64,000 bases of DNA, taken from IMG/VR virus record IMGVR_UViG_3300021087_000011; one strand, written 5' to 3'. Shown piece by piece: positions 35,995-45,128 of the stretch; positions within the stretch are counted from its first letter, which is position 1; every line of letters begins with the position of its first letter. The DNA comes from an uncultured virus (IMG/VR IMGVR_UViG_3300021087_000011) (lineage: Duplodnaviria > Heunggongvirae > Uroviricota > Caudoviricetes). The notes under the pieces were generated by a model. That model was not told where the DNA came from, did not search any database, and worked only from the letters and a program-made list of their open reading frames with translations. Position numbers and translations under genes: made by a program.

Positions 35995-38900
35995 TAGACT
36001 ACCGATACCGTTGGATCATAGACCGGAGTTGGTCGACGAATATCATTGACTAGGGTTTGCCTTCTTTTAATAATGTCTGCTCTGACTAGGTGTTGCAATA
36101 GTTCGTATACATTACTGTTGGAGTTGGGAGGAGTTTTACCCCAAGCGGTTGGCGCTAGGGACAACCATGTTTCTGGGTCGAAGTAATCAATAGCATCATG
36201 GTTTGGGAAAACTGTTTCGAGACCCAATTTCCTTAGTTCTCGTTTCTTTTCCAGCATCCCTAAGTAGTTTCTCATATAGGTCGCGTAGAGGTGACCAGAG
36301 GATCCATAATCGGAGAACAGTCGGTCCGATTCCTCATCTGAGAGATTAAATGGCTCTAGGGCATCCAAAACTTCTTGATTGTTGCGACCCATATCTCCAG
36401 GTGCCAAATCTTCAGGAGCGTTGAATGTTCCAACAGGCATGCTCACATGCTCAACGTCCTCGAAATCAAAACCCCCTGGCACGAGCGCTTCGGCGTACCG
36501 GTGGGATACACCGGCTGCCTGTGCTGGACTCACACCCTGTTGGGCTGCCCGGCGATGAGTGTCGGGATCGAGCACTCCACTCCAGTCTCCCGTAAGACTC
36601 CCATTCAAGAGAGACATCACATGCGCTTGGTTCTCTTTGCGATTACGACCTACATGATTCGAACTAACCGTTGTCTCTGGATACAGGATTGCCGCGAGTA
36701 AATCATCAGCGCTTGTTGAAGTCATGCTGGTCGGTCGCTTGGCTCCCTGAAGTGCAGAGTCGCCAAAGACGACCCCAGAATCGTTAGCGCGATCTGCCTT
36801 CAATACAAATTCGATTGCTCCACCAGTCTGACCGCCCCCATATACCCATGTGGCTGGTCCACTTGGGGAAATGCCATTATCCGACCAATAGTCGGGGAGG
36901 AAGTCTGGATCCACTGTATTTCCAAAATCAGGACGACCCGATTTGCGGGCTTGTAGCCATGCGGTTTTTAGTTTGCGGTATTCCTTATGGTTTAGGGCAC
37001 CGCTGACGGGTCGGACACTTGCAGGGGCGTCTAAGGGGACACCCCATGTCAGTTCCAGTTCCCGACGTTCATTCGGCAAGGAGTGTGTTGACTGCGCCTC
37101 GTGTGTCGACTTGTACCGCCTGTCCGGATCGGCAAGTATCTCATCGACCTTCCCACCCTTGGCGGCGATACGAATCCTTGGATCAAAGTCACTTACATAC
37201 TCTCGTGCTGCCTCCCTGAGACGATCTAGGACTTCCTCATCAGTACTTCCTGCGATGAACGTGCGAACTGCCTTCGGTAGGGGAACGTCTCCAATTCCGC
37301 CTCCTTCGCGGAAATGCCCGATGGCCCCTTTTGCCGAATCCAAAGCACGCCCAATCTTGTTTTCGCGAGTGTCGTGGGTCCAGTCGTAGATGCCTCCTCC
37401 GAGAGGTCTCAACGTGGCCTCTATGGCTTGTTCGACAAATGCATCGTCGGGATTGAAAATGTCACCCGTTACCCCACCCACGCCATTTTCTACTCTGGCC
37501 GCTTGACGCTCCTTGTCCTTGTCCTGCATGCGGGTCCTAGCACCACGGTCGGCGCTACCTCGGGATGACTTCAACCCCTCCCGGTTGTTCCTATTGAATT
37601 CTCGTCGATCGCGTCGCTCTATGTTCGCCAGATATTCAAAGTCCTGAGTAAGTCCTGCGAGTTCATCCTCATCTTGGGTTCTCCTACGAGAACGCATGTT
37701 TTCCATTAGTTGTTCTTGTTGTTCTCCGAGGCTCGCTTTTAGATCACCATTGCGACGGGAGGCCAGACCGCCTACTCGTTCATATTCGCCACGGGCCTCT
37801 TCAGTGAGGCTCGTTCGCTCTCTGTCTCTTTGCCAGGCGGCTTCCCCGTGATTCTTCCAGAAGTTGTCTTCGAATATTTTGCCGCTACCGCCTTTGCCTG
37901 ATCCTGGCTGCCGCTCACCACCGCTAAAGAGAACCTCATCTCCAACACTGACTTCGACATCAAATGGTGTGAACCCGTCAGTCTTGCCCGCATGGGAGAA
38001 GGCTGCACCTTGCTCCAGTTGGGAAAGCATCCCATCCCGGTATGCCTGCTGTTCTGGTGTTCGTTGAGGGGGTTCAGCGGTAGTGATCTGCTCTGGTTCA
38101 AACACAACGTATGACACTTGACGTGGATCGCCAGTGGAGTGTTTACCTACTTGATTCTCTCCTGCATCGAAAGGCGGACCCATCCATGCTTCTTTAATAA
38201 CGATGCCGTCATAACCTTGTTCTTTGAGCCATTCGCGTGTTATGAGATCGTTGGCACTACCTTCTCCCGGCTCATATTCTTTATCGAATGAGCGAAAGAG
38301 CATTGGACTTAGTTCTTCTATTTGTTCGGGGGTTAAGATTGTTTCCAGATTGGGTATGTCCCAACCCATAGGCCCACCCTTATACTGGTTTGTTTCATGT
38401 GGTAGAACGTGGTTATCCCGGACACGCGTGATTTCCTGCATGAATGCTCGTGCGAGGTGGTATTCGTTAAAGGTGCCCTCAATAGCCTTGTCGGCATGTA
38501 CGAGGCGTTCAAAGGGAGTGTTTCCTTCCAGAATGGCACCCGGATGGTTTGTGTCCAAATGAGCCTGAAAAATACTCTCATATAGTTCGTCAAGTCCCAA
38601 CGCGGAAATAGTGGCCCTATCACGCACCTTTTGTAAGTGTGTTAGATCTTCAACTGCTGCTGGGTTCCTCAAATCCAAATGAACTGTTTTTATGAAACCG
38701 CCATTGCTCATCATTTCGGCTGTTTGTTCAAATGGGGAAAAGTGAAACCCAAGACCAGAATCAGGATTCTTATTTGACTGACTTACACCAGCACCACTGA
38801 TGTTGTGACCATGTTGAAATTCGGCGAAATCGTGAGGTGTGCCGTGATACATGATGTCTGTAATCAACGGCGGGAGTATGTCTCTGGAATCGTCGGTAGT

Positions 38901-41900
38901 CCCATCTCCTAGTCTAGAATCGCGCATTTTCAAACCGGAATGGCGTAGTTTCCAGGCGTGCCTGAGACCTGAATCCGATGTCTTTCCTTCCCCACTGCGT
39001 ACTGAATTGGGAACATATGATGCATCCCTCATATAAACCGGCCAGTCGGAGAAAGTTTGAGTTTCAGGGTCGTACCGTCTGTAGTTCCCGTTCCCGTCAT
39101 CAATTACCAAACCAATTTCCGGATGGAAATGTTCATCTGGCACCTGGGAAAGATCTGGACGCCACCGCTCCCCATCCCATTGGAACATGATTCCGTCGGC
39201 GTTAGCGACGAGTGGCAAGTCTTCCCAGATACCTTCTCCATTTTCATCAACCCGACCTGTGTACTGCTCTAACAGGCTTCGCCCTTGACTGTCTCTTTTT
39301 GGGCTACGGCGAATCTCTAGGGTCTGCCACTCACCAGTACCTCGGTTGTAAGCCATTCGAAGCCCGGTGCTGGCTGTATGAATACCGTTCTCGTCGAGAT
39401 CAATGTCGGCGCGGGTGGAACGGAAACCCCCTGGGCTGTCATACAGGGTGGTCAAATCTTGATCCCTGAAATCCAATCCCTCCATCGGTGGGCTTACCAG
39501 TGTGGTTATCTGAGGTTCAGAATTATCTGGGTCAGGCAAATCAGGGTCGCCACTTCGACGCATCCTGATATAGCGACCCAGTTCCAACATCCGTCGTCGT
39601 TCACCCGACGTGAGCGCTCCTGCCTCGTATCTGCCGGCGAGTTCATTGAACTCCCTGACAACCGACATCGGTGGCATGGCTGACGGGTCGCCATAAATAG
39701 TCATCTCCCTATCGTCAGCCGGGAGTTCATTCCTCGGAGGGTTTATCAACGTGGTCATCTCGGCCCGCTCTTTGCGAAGCACGTTGCGAAGTAAATCTCG
39801 CCGACGACTCTCTTCTTGATTCGTGGTGCCCGGCATCTCGTCCAATGCCTGTTCAATGTTTCGGAGAACCCCTGGACCGTCATGTTGACGGATAGGGGCT
39901 AGAACAACATCCCCGTTGTCCTCTATGGAAGTGACTTCGAATTCACTTGGGGGAAGAAGAAGGCCGTTGTTTGATTCGTCAGTGGGATCTTTTCTAAAGA
40001 TGCCCTTGTCTCCCTCTTGTAGTTCAATTCGGAATGTGGTGCCTTCTCCCGGCTCCATTCGGTCCTGTCGATCGCTGTGAGCGTGGCTGGACGCGGTGCC
40101 GACTGTGAAGTCACGTTTAACAACGTCTCCGACCTGTCTTGTACTGCTATCTTTCTCATCCGTTACCCTGACCGTGATGGACTCGGGTAGCGGATTGTCA
40201 TCTATGACTTTCATTGCCGGTGCAATAAAGTCGACGATTTCTCTGTCGAGGTGGGGACTGGGTTCGTCGGGGGATGTAGATATTTCGATGCCATGGTCCT
40301 CTGCATGACGGGCGGCGGCGGCGTTTAGCCGGATTCGTTCTGCCAGTTTTTCTGGGTCTGCGAGTTGGTGGTGTTTCGCTGGGAGGTTTGCATCAATTGC
40401 AGTTGCCTCCCGGTCACTCAAGCCACCTTCCATGATTGCTCGACGGGTTGCCGTGTGAATACTTATGGCTTCGTCGGTTGCTCTAATGCTTGGGGGACGG
40501 AAAACTGTACTGCCGCTCAAGTCTTCGAACAGTTCATCCGTATCGCTTCTAAGTGACCTCGTATAGTCATCGGTCCATTGCCCTTTTCGGGGTTGTCCTG
40601 GTGCGAGAGGTTTTCCGTTGTGGGCAAGTTTGTCTTTGTAGTCGTCACTGGCATTTGAGCGTCGTGCATTTTCATTGAGGATCATCTCCATGCCACGAGC
40701 AGCCAAAAACATGCGCATCTTCTCGTTGGGGGAAAGTTCCCTGTCTTGATCCAACCCATTGAACGTGTTGTCGAGTTTCCGGAAACGATCATCGAGAAGA
40801 TCTGGGTCGATTGTGTCCATGGGGCCATCCCCGAACCCAAACTCTTCATTGATAAGGGCGCCAACTTGAGCGCCGTCACCGCGAGAACCAACGCCTCGCG
40901 CGTGCATGCTTTCGATTTGTGGACCGGCTCGTTCCGTTGCCCTAATGGGGCGACCCTCTGCGTTTGCTTGAACGACTCGAAGGCGGTTTGGTTTACCCGG
41001 AGGGTTAACAAATTCTGGGAAGTCGGCCTCGTTGATTAGGACCTGTCCTTCAGTGATGTGTTGGGCGCGTACCGGTCGGGTGGGTGCGTCGAGGTATGCG
41101 AGGTGGCCATCAATAACGGGTCCACCAATAATGCCCATGTGTCTTTGGGCGTTGAGTTCGGCTGTTGCTTCGAGGTACATTATTGCCCGGCGTTCGCTTT
41201 GGAGCACTTCACTCTCTGTGTTGATTTGCCAGGCCCCCCGTCTTTGAAGTGCCTGCAAGGTAGACAAACGCTCTCCCGCCAGAAGATCCAACATGGAGTC
41301 CTGTAGCACGGGCATGCCGGTTGGGGGGAAGTCGTCGCCTGGCTCTGCAAGCATTTCACTGACAACCGCATCCATAATGTCATCATTGGTCCAGTGGGAG
41401 AACGCGACACCTACTTCCGCCCCAGTAAATTTTGGATCGTTGAGATGCTCCTCCGTTGGATAGAGGGACATTGGTTTTGGTTCCGACAGTCGCGGCGTCC
41501 CATAGAGGTAGCGTGGATAGATGGTGTATTTACCATCCGCACTCAGTTTGGATGCAACCCGTTCAAAGAATATGTGCTGTTGCATCGCGTGCGTATATTC
41601 GTGATATGTGACCTGCATGGCACCAGCAAAACGCGACCCGAACAATCCTTCAGCGAAGTCTTGAGAATGAAGGAGAGAGGCTCTCCATTTACCATCTCCA
41701 TCCAACATCTCTTCACGGGTACGCTCACGGACAAATGGAGTTTTACCAGCAGTCACGTCCATGAAGTCAAATGGCGAGCGGTGCTGTTCATTTTTTAGAA
41801 ATTTGCGTATTGCCTCCCATTTCTTCCCCTCCACCATGTCGCCCTCGGCGATGATCTGAGTGAAAGTGCCCTTCCTCTTTTTGTAATACTGTTTGAAAGT

Positions 41901-43388
41901 GGCATCAAGCAGATTGATAGTTACTCTTGCTGGTTGGCCCGGGAGGTGAGTTATCCCACCCGTCTGTGGACGATCAACCCCTAAAACGAGTTCACCAACA
42001 ACACCGGCGTTATTCGATCCGGTCCTTTGATCCCTTTCCAGCATTTCGAGATGAGCGAACATGGTTCCATTTGCATTGGTGAGCCAGTTGTTTCGGAGTT
42101 GTTCGACGGCGTTATAGAGATCGCCACCTCGTTCATATTCGGCGAAGTCTTCTCTTGTCACATCCGGCAGATTGGAGCGTCCTGTCACAGAATCGATCCC
42201 CAACCAAGCCATATTATTTTTCTCGGGGTTACCCAATACAACCATGGCGGAAATCAAGTCTTCTGTTAACCGAGCATCGAATACCTTTTGTGCGTCGGGC
42301 AAGCCGTCCCGTGGCACCAAGCCCTGCAGGCTGGTAATAGTCAATTTTGGTGCGGGAAGAGGGTTGCCATCCCTATCTAGGCCGTTGGTCCACGTTCCGT
42401 TATCTATGGCTTTTTGTATTGCCTTCTGGAGCAATCCATATGTTCCCTTAAGGTCTGCATTCAAATCATCCGGGAGTTCAATCCCCAATTTTTTCGCTAA
42501 CTTTTTAACATTCTTTTGCAATTTGCGGTGATGGCGTCTGGCTTGCTCAACGGTGCTAACACCATGCATTCGAGCCGAAGCCACACCGGCCCGCATCTGT
42601 TCGGCTATCGACGACCGTGCCAACTCGGAGGCTTTTTCATCACCCCAACCGATGCCGATACGAGCAGCCACGTCGTCGTCAACGCCGTGATAGGGGTTAG
42701 CACCCCAATCGACGCCCATGCGACCCATTAGGTTGTCGATTGCTCCCTGCACACGCCTGAGAGACGGGAAGCAGGTAGAGCCAGTTATGTCAGTGAACTG
42801 GTTTGCATTGGGAGTGCCCGGGGGGCAACGGAACTTGCCGAGATCGTCAACAATCATCCCTAATCTTCGGGCTGCACGACCGATCAGGGATCGACCACCA
42901 CCACCAATCTTGTCGCCAAGAGACTTGACTTGCATGTCGCGGTAATTGTCTTCATCCATCCCTCCTGTACGAGGGTTGATGCCATATTCCCGGATGCGGA
43001 TCTTTGGTTCTTTGGCAAGATCAAGGACGTGTTCGGAGAAGTTCTTGGGGGTAGGAGGATCGACCCAACCAAAATTGGGTTTATCACTCTCATCCAGCAT
43101 GTCTTCCGCAGTCACATGCAACTTGAGGATCTGGCCGGGCTGTCGAGTGGCCTTGGGGTCAAAGCGGATTTCGGGCGGCTTGGTATAGCCACCCGGAATA
43201 CGTTTCTCCGACTCCCGTTCTTCCTCAGGGTTCAATACCTTGACGGCGTAATCGGGGTCTAAAACATGCGACTTGGACAGCAAGTGCTGCTGTGCCCGAA
43301 AATCTAAGGCGGCGGTATCGAAGTCACGCCGACCTCGGGTCAGTCGTTGAGATACATATACGCGCCGCAAATGGACAAAGTCCGCCAT
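35994..43388 (-). CDS. giant polyvalent virion protein (zincin, VIP2-like ART, ART-PolyVal-like, DUF3626-like)
   Basis: YHEYTH..EATAE; FRIELQEG..LLLPPSEFEV; MYHGT..GLGFHFS..GYDGIVI..YVVFEPEQI; RPVSGAL..YG..FVLK..FGDS..YAEA..DVE. Confidence 0.85.
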   Translation of the reverse strand: MADFVHLRRVYVSQRLTRGRRDFDTAALDFRAQQHLLSKSHVLDPDYAVKVLNPEEERESEKRIPGGYTKPPEIRFDPKATRQPGQILKLHVTAEDMLDESDKPNFGWVDPPTPKNFSEHVLDLAKEPKIRIREYGINPRTGGMDEDNYRDMQVKSLGDKIGGGGRSLIGRAARRLGMIVDDLGKFRCPPGTPNANQFTDITGSTCFPSLRRVQGAIDNLMGRMGVDWGANPYHGVDDDVAARIGIGWGDEKASELARSSIAEQMRAGVASARMHGVSTVEQARRHHRKLQKNVKKLAKKLGIELPDDLNADLKGTYGLLQKAIQKAIDNGTWTNGLDRDGNPLPAPKLTITSLQGLVPRDGLPDAQKVFDARLTEDLISAMVVLGNPEKNNMAWLGIDSVTGRSNLPDVTREDFAEYERGGDLYNAVEQLRNNWLTNANGTMFAHLEMLERDQRTGSNNAGVVGELVLGVDRPQTGGITHLPGQPARVTINLLDATFKQYYKKRKGTFTQIIAEGDMVEGKKWEAIRKFLKNEQHRSPFDFMDVTAGKTPFVRERTREEMLDGDGKWRASLLHSQDFAEGLFGSRFAGAMQVTYHEYTHAMQQHIFFERVASKLSADGKYTIYPRYLYGTPRLSEPKPMSLYPTEEHLNDPKFTGAEVGVAFSHWTNDDIMDAVVSEMLAEPGDDFPPTGMPVLQDSMLDLLAGERLSTLQALQRRGAWQINTESEVLQSERRAIMYLEATAELNAQRHMGIIGGPVIDGHLAYLDAPTRPVRAQHITEGQVLINEADFPEFVNPPGKPNRLRVVQANAEGRPIRATERAGPQIESMHARGVGSRGDGAQVGALINEEFGFGDGPMDTIDPDLLDDRFRKLDNTFNGLDQDRELSPNEKMRMFLAARGMEMILNENARRSNASDDYKDKLAHNGKPLAPGQPRKGQWTDDYTRSLRSDTDELFEDLSGSTVFRPPSIRATDEAISIHTATRRAIMEGGLSDREATAIDANLPAKHHQLADPEKLAERIRLNAAAARHAEDHGIEISTSPDEPSPHLDREIVDFIAPAMKVIDDNPLPESITVRVTDEKDSSTRQVGDVVKRDFTVGTASSHAHSDRQDRMEPGEGTTFRIELQEGDKGIFRKDPTDESNNGLLLPPSEFEVTSIEDNGDVVLAPIRQHDGPGVLRNIEQALDEMPGTTNQEESRRRDLLRNVLRKERAEMTTLINPPRNELPADDREMTIYGDPSAMPPMSVVREFNELAGRYEAGALTSGERRRMLELGRYIRMRRSGDPDLPDPDNSEPQITTLVSPPMEGLDFRDQDLTTLYDSPGGFRSTRADIDLDENGIHTASTGLRMAYNRGTGEWQTLEIRRSPKRDSQGRSLLEQYTGRVDENGEGIWEDLPLVANADGIMFQWDGERWRPDLSQVPDEHFHPEIGLVIDDGNGNYRRYDPETQTFSDWPVYMRDASYVPNSVRSGEGKTSDSGLRHAWKLRHSGLKMRDSRLGDGTTDDSRDILPPLITDIMYHGTPHDFAEFQHGHNISGAGVSQSNKNPDSGLGFHFSPFEQTAEMMSNGGFIKTVHLDLRNPAAVEDLTHLQKVRDRATISALGLDELYESIFQAHLDTNHPGAILEGNTPFERLVHADKAIEGTFNEYHLARAFMQEITRVRDNHVLPHETNQYKGGPMGWDIPNLETILTPEQIEELSPMLFRSFDKEYEPGEGSANDLITREWLKEQGYDGIVIKEAWMGPPFDAGENQVGKHSTGDPRQVSYVVFEPEQITTAEPPQRTPEQQAYRDGMLSQLEQGAAFSHAGKTDGFTPFDVEVSVGDEVLFSGGERQPGSGKGGSGKIFEDNFWKNHGEAAWQRDRERTSLTEEARGEYERVGGLASRRNGDLKASLGEQQEQLMENMRSRRRTQDEDELAGLTQDFEYLANIERRDRREFNRNNREGLKSSRGSADRGARTRMQDKDKERQAARVENGVGGVTGDIFNPDDAFVEQAIEATLRPLGGGIYDWTHDTRENKIGRALDSAKGAIGHFREGGGIGDVPLPKAVRTFIAGSTDEEVLDRLREAAREYVSDFDPRIRIAAKGGKVDEILADPDRRYKSTHEAQSTHSLPNERRELELTWGVPLDAPASVRPVSGALNHKEYRKLKTAWLQARKSGRPDFGNTVDPDFLPDYWSDNGISPSGPATWVYGGGQTGGAIEFVLKADRANDSGVVFGDSALQGAKRPTSMTSTSADDLLAAILYPETTVSSNHVGRNRKENQAHVMSLLNGSLTGDWSGVLDPDTHRRAAQQGVSPAQAAGVSHRYAEALVPGGFDFEDVEHVSMPVGTFNAPEDLAPGDMGRNNQEVLDALEPFNLSDEESDRLFSDYGSSGHLYATYMRNYLGMLEKKRELRKLGLETVFPNHDAIDYFDPETWLSLAPTAWGKTPPNSNSNVYELLQHLVRADIIKRRQTLVNDIRRPTPVYDPTVSVV

Positions 43389-43408
43389 CTGGGCCTACCT
43401 TCTAATCC

Positions 43409-45121
43409 CTAATTGGAATCTTCGGCGTCCTCATTCATCAACTGGAACTCAATGAGTGACGACATGAAGTCATCATCCTCAACGTCAAGTTGAATAGCCT
43501 TTTCGCCACCAGCAACCCAGTTAGCCGGGATGAGTTTGGTGAGACCGAGAACCTTTGCGCGTTTCATAATGTGACGCTTGGCAGCGGTCTTGTCTTTGGC
43601 TCTACCAAACGCTTGAATAGCGTTCTTGAGGTCGCCTTCGGATTCAATCGGATATGAGCCGTCAGGAAGGGCCTGTCCAGCATCAGCCATCTCGCCGCGT
43701 TGCTCTTCACTGAAGGCACGCTTGAGTGCAATTTCTGCGGCTTCCGCTTCGATGTCGTCGGCTTCGTCGGCTTCGTAGATGTCGTGGCCAAGAATCTCCC
43801 CATCGAGAGAAACGAACACGTCATAAGATTTGCCATCGACACCGTCGACTTCAACAGCGAAACAGTCGAATCCTTCAAACACGTCAGGCTCCACAGAGGA
43901 AACCTCGCCAGGGATTGACTTCGTTGCAATGCCAGCAGCATCGTTGTATCCGATGTACTCAAGGGTCTGACCTTCTGCCGTCTTGTGTTCCAAAACGGAA
44001 TCATCTAGACGGTGGTAGCCAAGAATTTCGGCGTTACTGCCGTCGACAAAGACTTCGATAGCCCGGTCGTCCTTGGTTGCCAAGTCGAGAACAAACATGT
44101 CGGCGTCTTGTGAATAGCCGGAGTCGATAATCTCGCTGTCGAATTCCTTTTCGACCATGCCTTCGATTTCAAGTAGTCCAGGCATGCCCTTTTCGGCCAT
44201 GCATCCGCCGGGACAGTCATCGCAAACCGGTGAGCCACCAGGGTAAGCCTTGCGCTCGATGGCGCAGACGTAGGCTTTTTCTCCTAGGTCGGCTGATTTG
44301 GCGCCCATGGTTTCAAGCCGGCGTTGGCGGTAGGCGGCGTAAGTTTTTTCATCCTCTTCGGTCCAGTTGGGGTTGCCCTCTTTGGAGTCACCGATCGGAT
44401 TACCATCTTCGTCAAAGACTTCATCGCCATCTTCTTCGATGTCAATTTTCTCGTCTTCGACTGCGTTCTTTTGTTCTTCCTCTTCTTCAAGCCGAGGGGG
44501 CGGAACTCGTCGTGGTGGAGGCATTTCCTCTTCGGGAGCCTCCTCAACTGGGGGTTCCGGAGGAGCCTCTAAACGTGGAGCAGGGGGAGGGGGAGGCGCT
44601 GCTGGTGCAGGAGCCCCTTCAGGGGGAGCCTCTTCGGGGGCTGCTTCGGGAGCAGCGGCTTCGGGAGCAGGAGGCGGGCCTTCGCCTTCTGCCGAAGGCA
44701 TTTCTGGTGCATCCGGTTTCCTTGTGCGATGACGCTTGTCGGCCTTTTCTGTCATATTAGTTTCCTCGTCAACCTCTTCATCTAGTGGTACCATCTTGAC
44801 AGCAGTAGCCATTGCGCCACATTTGCCACAAACCTTAGCACCTGCTTTGAAACCACAGTCAGAAGCGCCATATTCCTTGGCACATTTTAGGAGATCGCCT
44901 TTGTCATCCACCTGGACAACATCCTTCTCTTCATACTCCATATTTTTGGACTCCTTGTAGCGCATCGTTCTATGAACGCACCCTTTAGGGTCGGCGCATT
45001 CGTTGCATGGCATCTTAGCCTCTGTACCGGCTAGCACGCAGTAGTAATTAGTTTGTACCTTTCTAGGTTCTCTCTGAGTATTGTATCCCACTGGCGGGCT
45101 TATCTTTGGTTGCTTAGGCAT
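43409..45121 (-). CDS. scaffold-like head protein with Cys clusters, Pro/Glu-rich region, PepSY-like repeats and DUF6582-like C-terminus
   Basis: CxxC motifs; AAGIATKSIPGEVSSVE..FAVEV..YDVFVSLDGEILG; ALPDGSYPI..DLKNAIQAFGRA; alternative start at 44941. Confidence 0.7.
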   Translation of the reverse strand: MPKQPKISPPVGYNTQREPRKVQTNYYCVLAGTEAKMPCNECADPKGCVHRTMRYKESKNMEYEEKDVVQVDDKGDLLKCAKEYGASDCGFKAGAKVCGKCGAMATAVKMVPLDEEVDEETNMTEKADKRHRTRKPDAPEMPSAEGEGPPPAPEAAAPEAAPEEAPPEGAPAPAAPPPPPAPRLEAPPEPPVEEAPEEEMPPPRRVPPPRLEEEEEQKNAVEDEKIDIEEDGDEVFDEDGNPIGDSKEGNPNWTEEDEKTYAAYRQRRLETMGAKSADLGEKAYVCAIERKAYPGGSPVCDDCPGGCMAEKGMPGLLEIEGMVEKEFDSEIIDSGYSQDADMFVLDLATKDDRAIEVFVDGSNAEILGYHRLDDSVLEHKTAEGQTLEYIGYNDAAGIATKSIPGEVSSVEPDVFEGFDCFAVEVDGVDGKSYDVFVSLDGEILGHDIYEADEADDIEAEAAEIALKRAFSEEQRGEMADAGQALPDGSYPIESEGDLKNAIQAFGRAKDKTAAKRHIMKRAKVLGLTKLIPANWVAGGEKAIQLDVEDDDFMSSLIEFQLMNEDAEDSN

Positions 45122-45128
45122 TAGGGAA

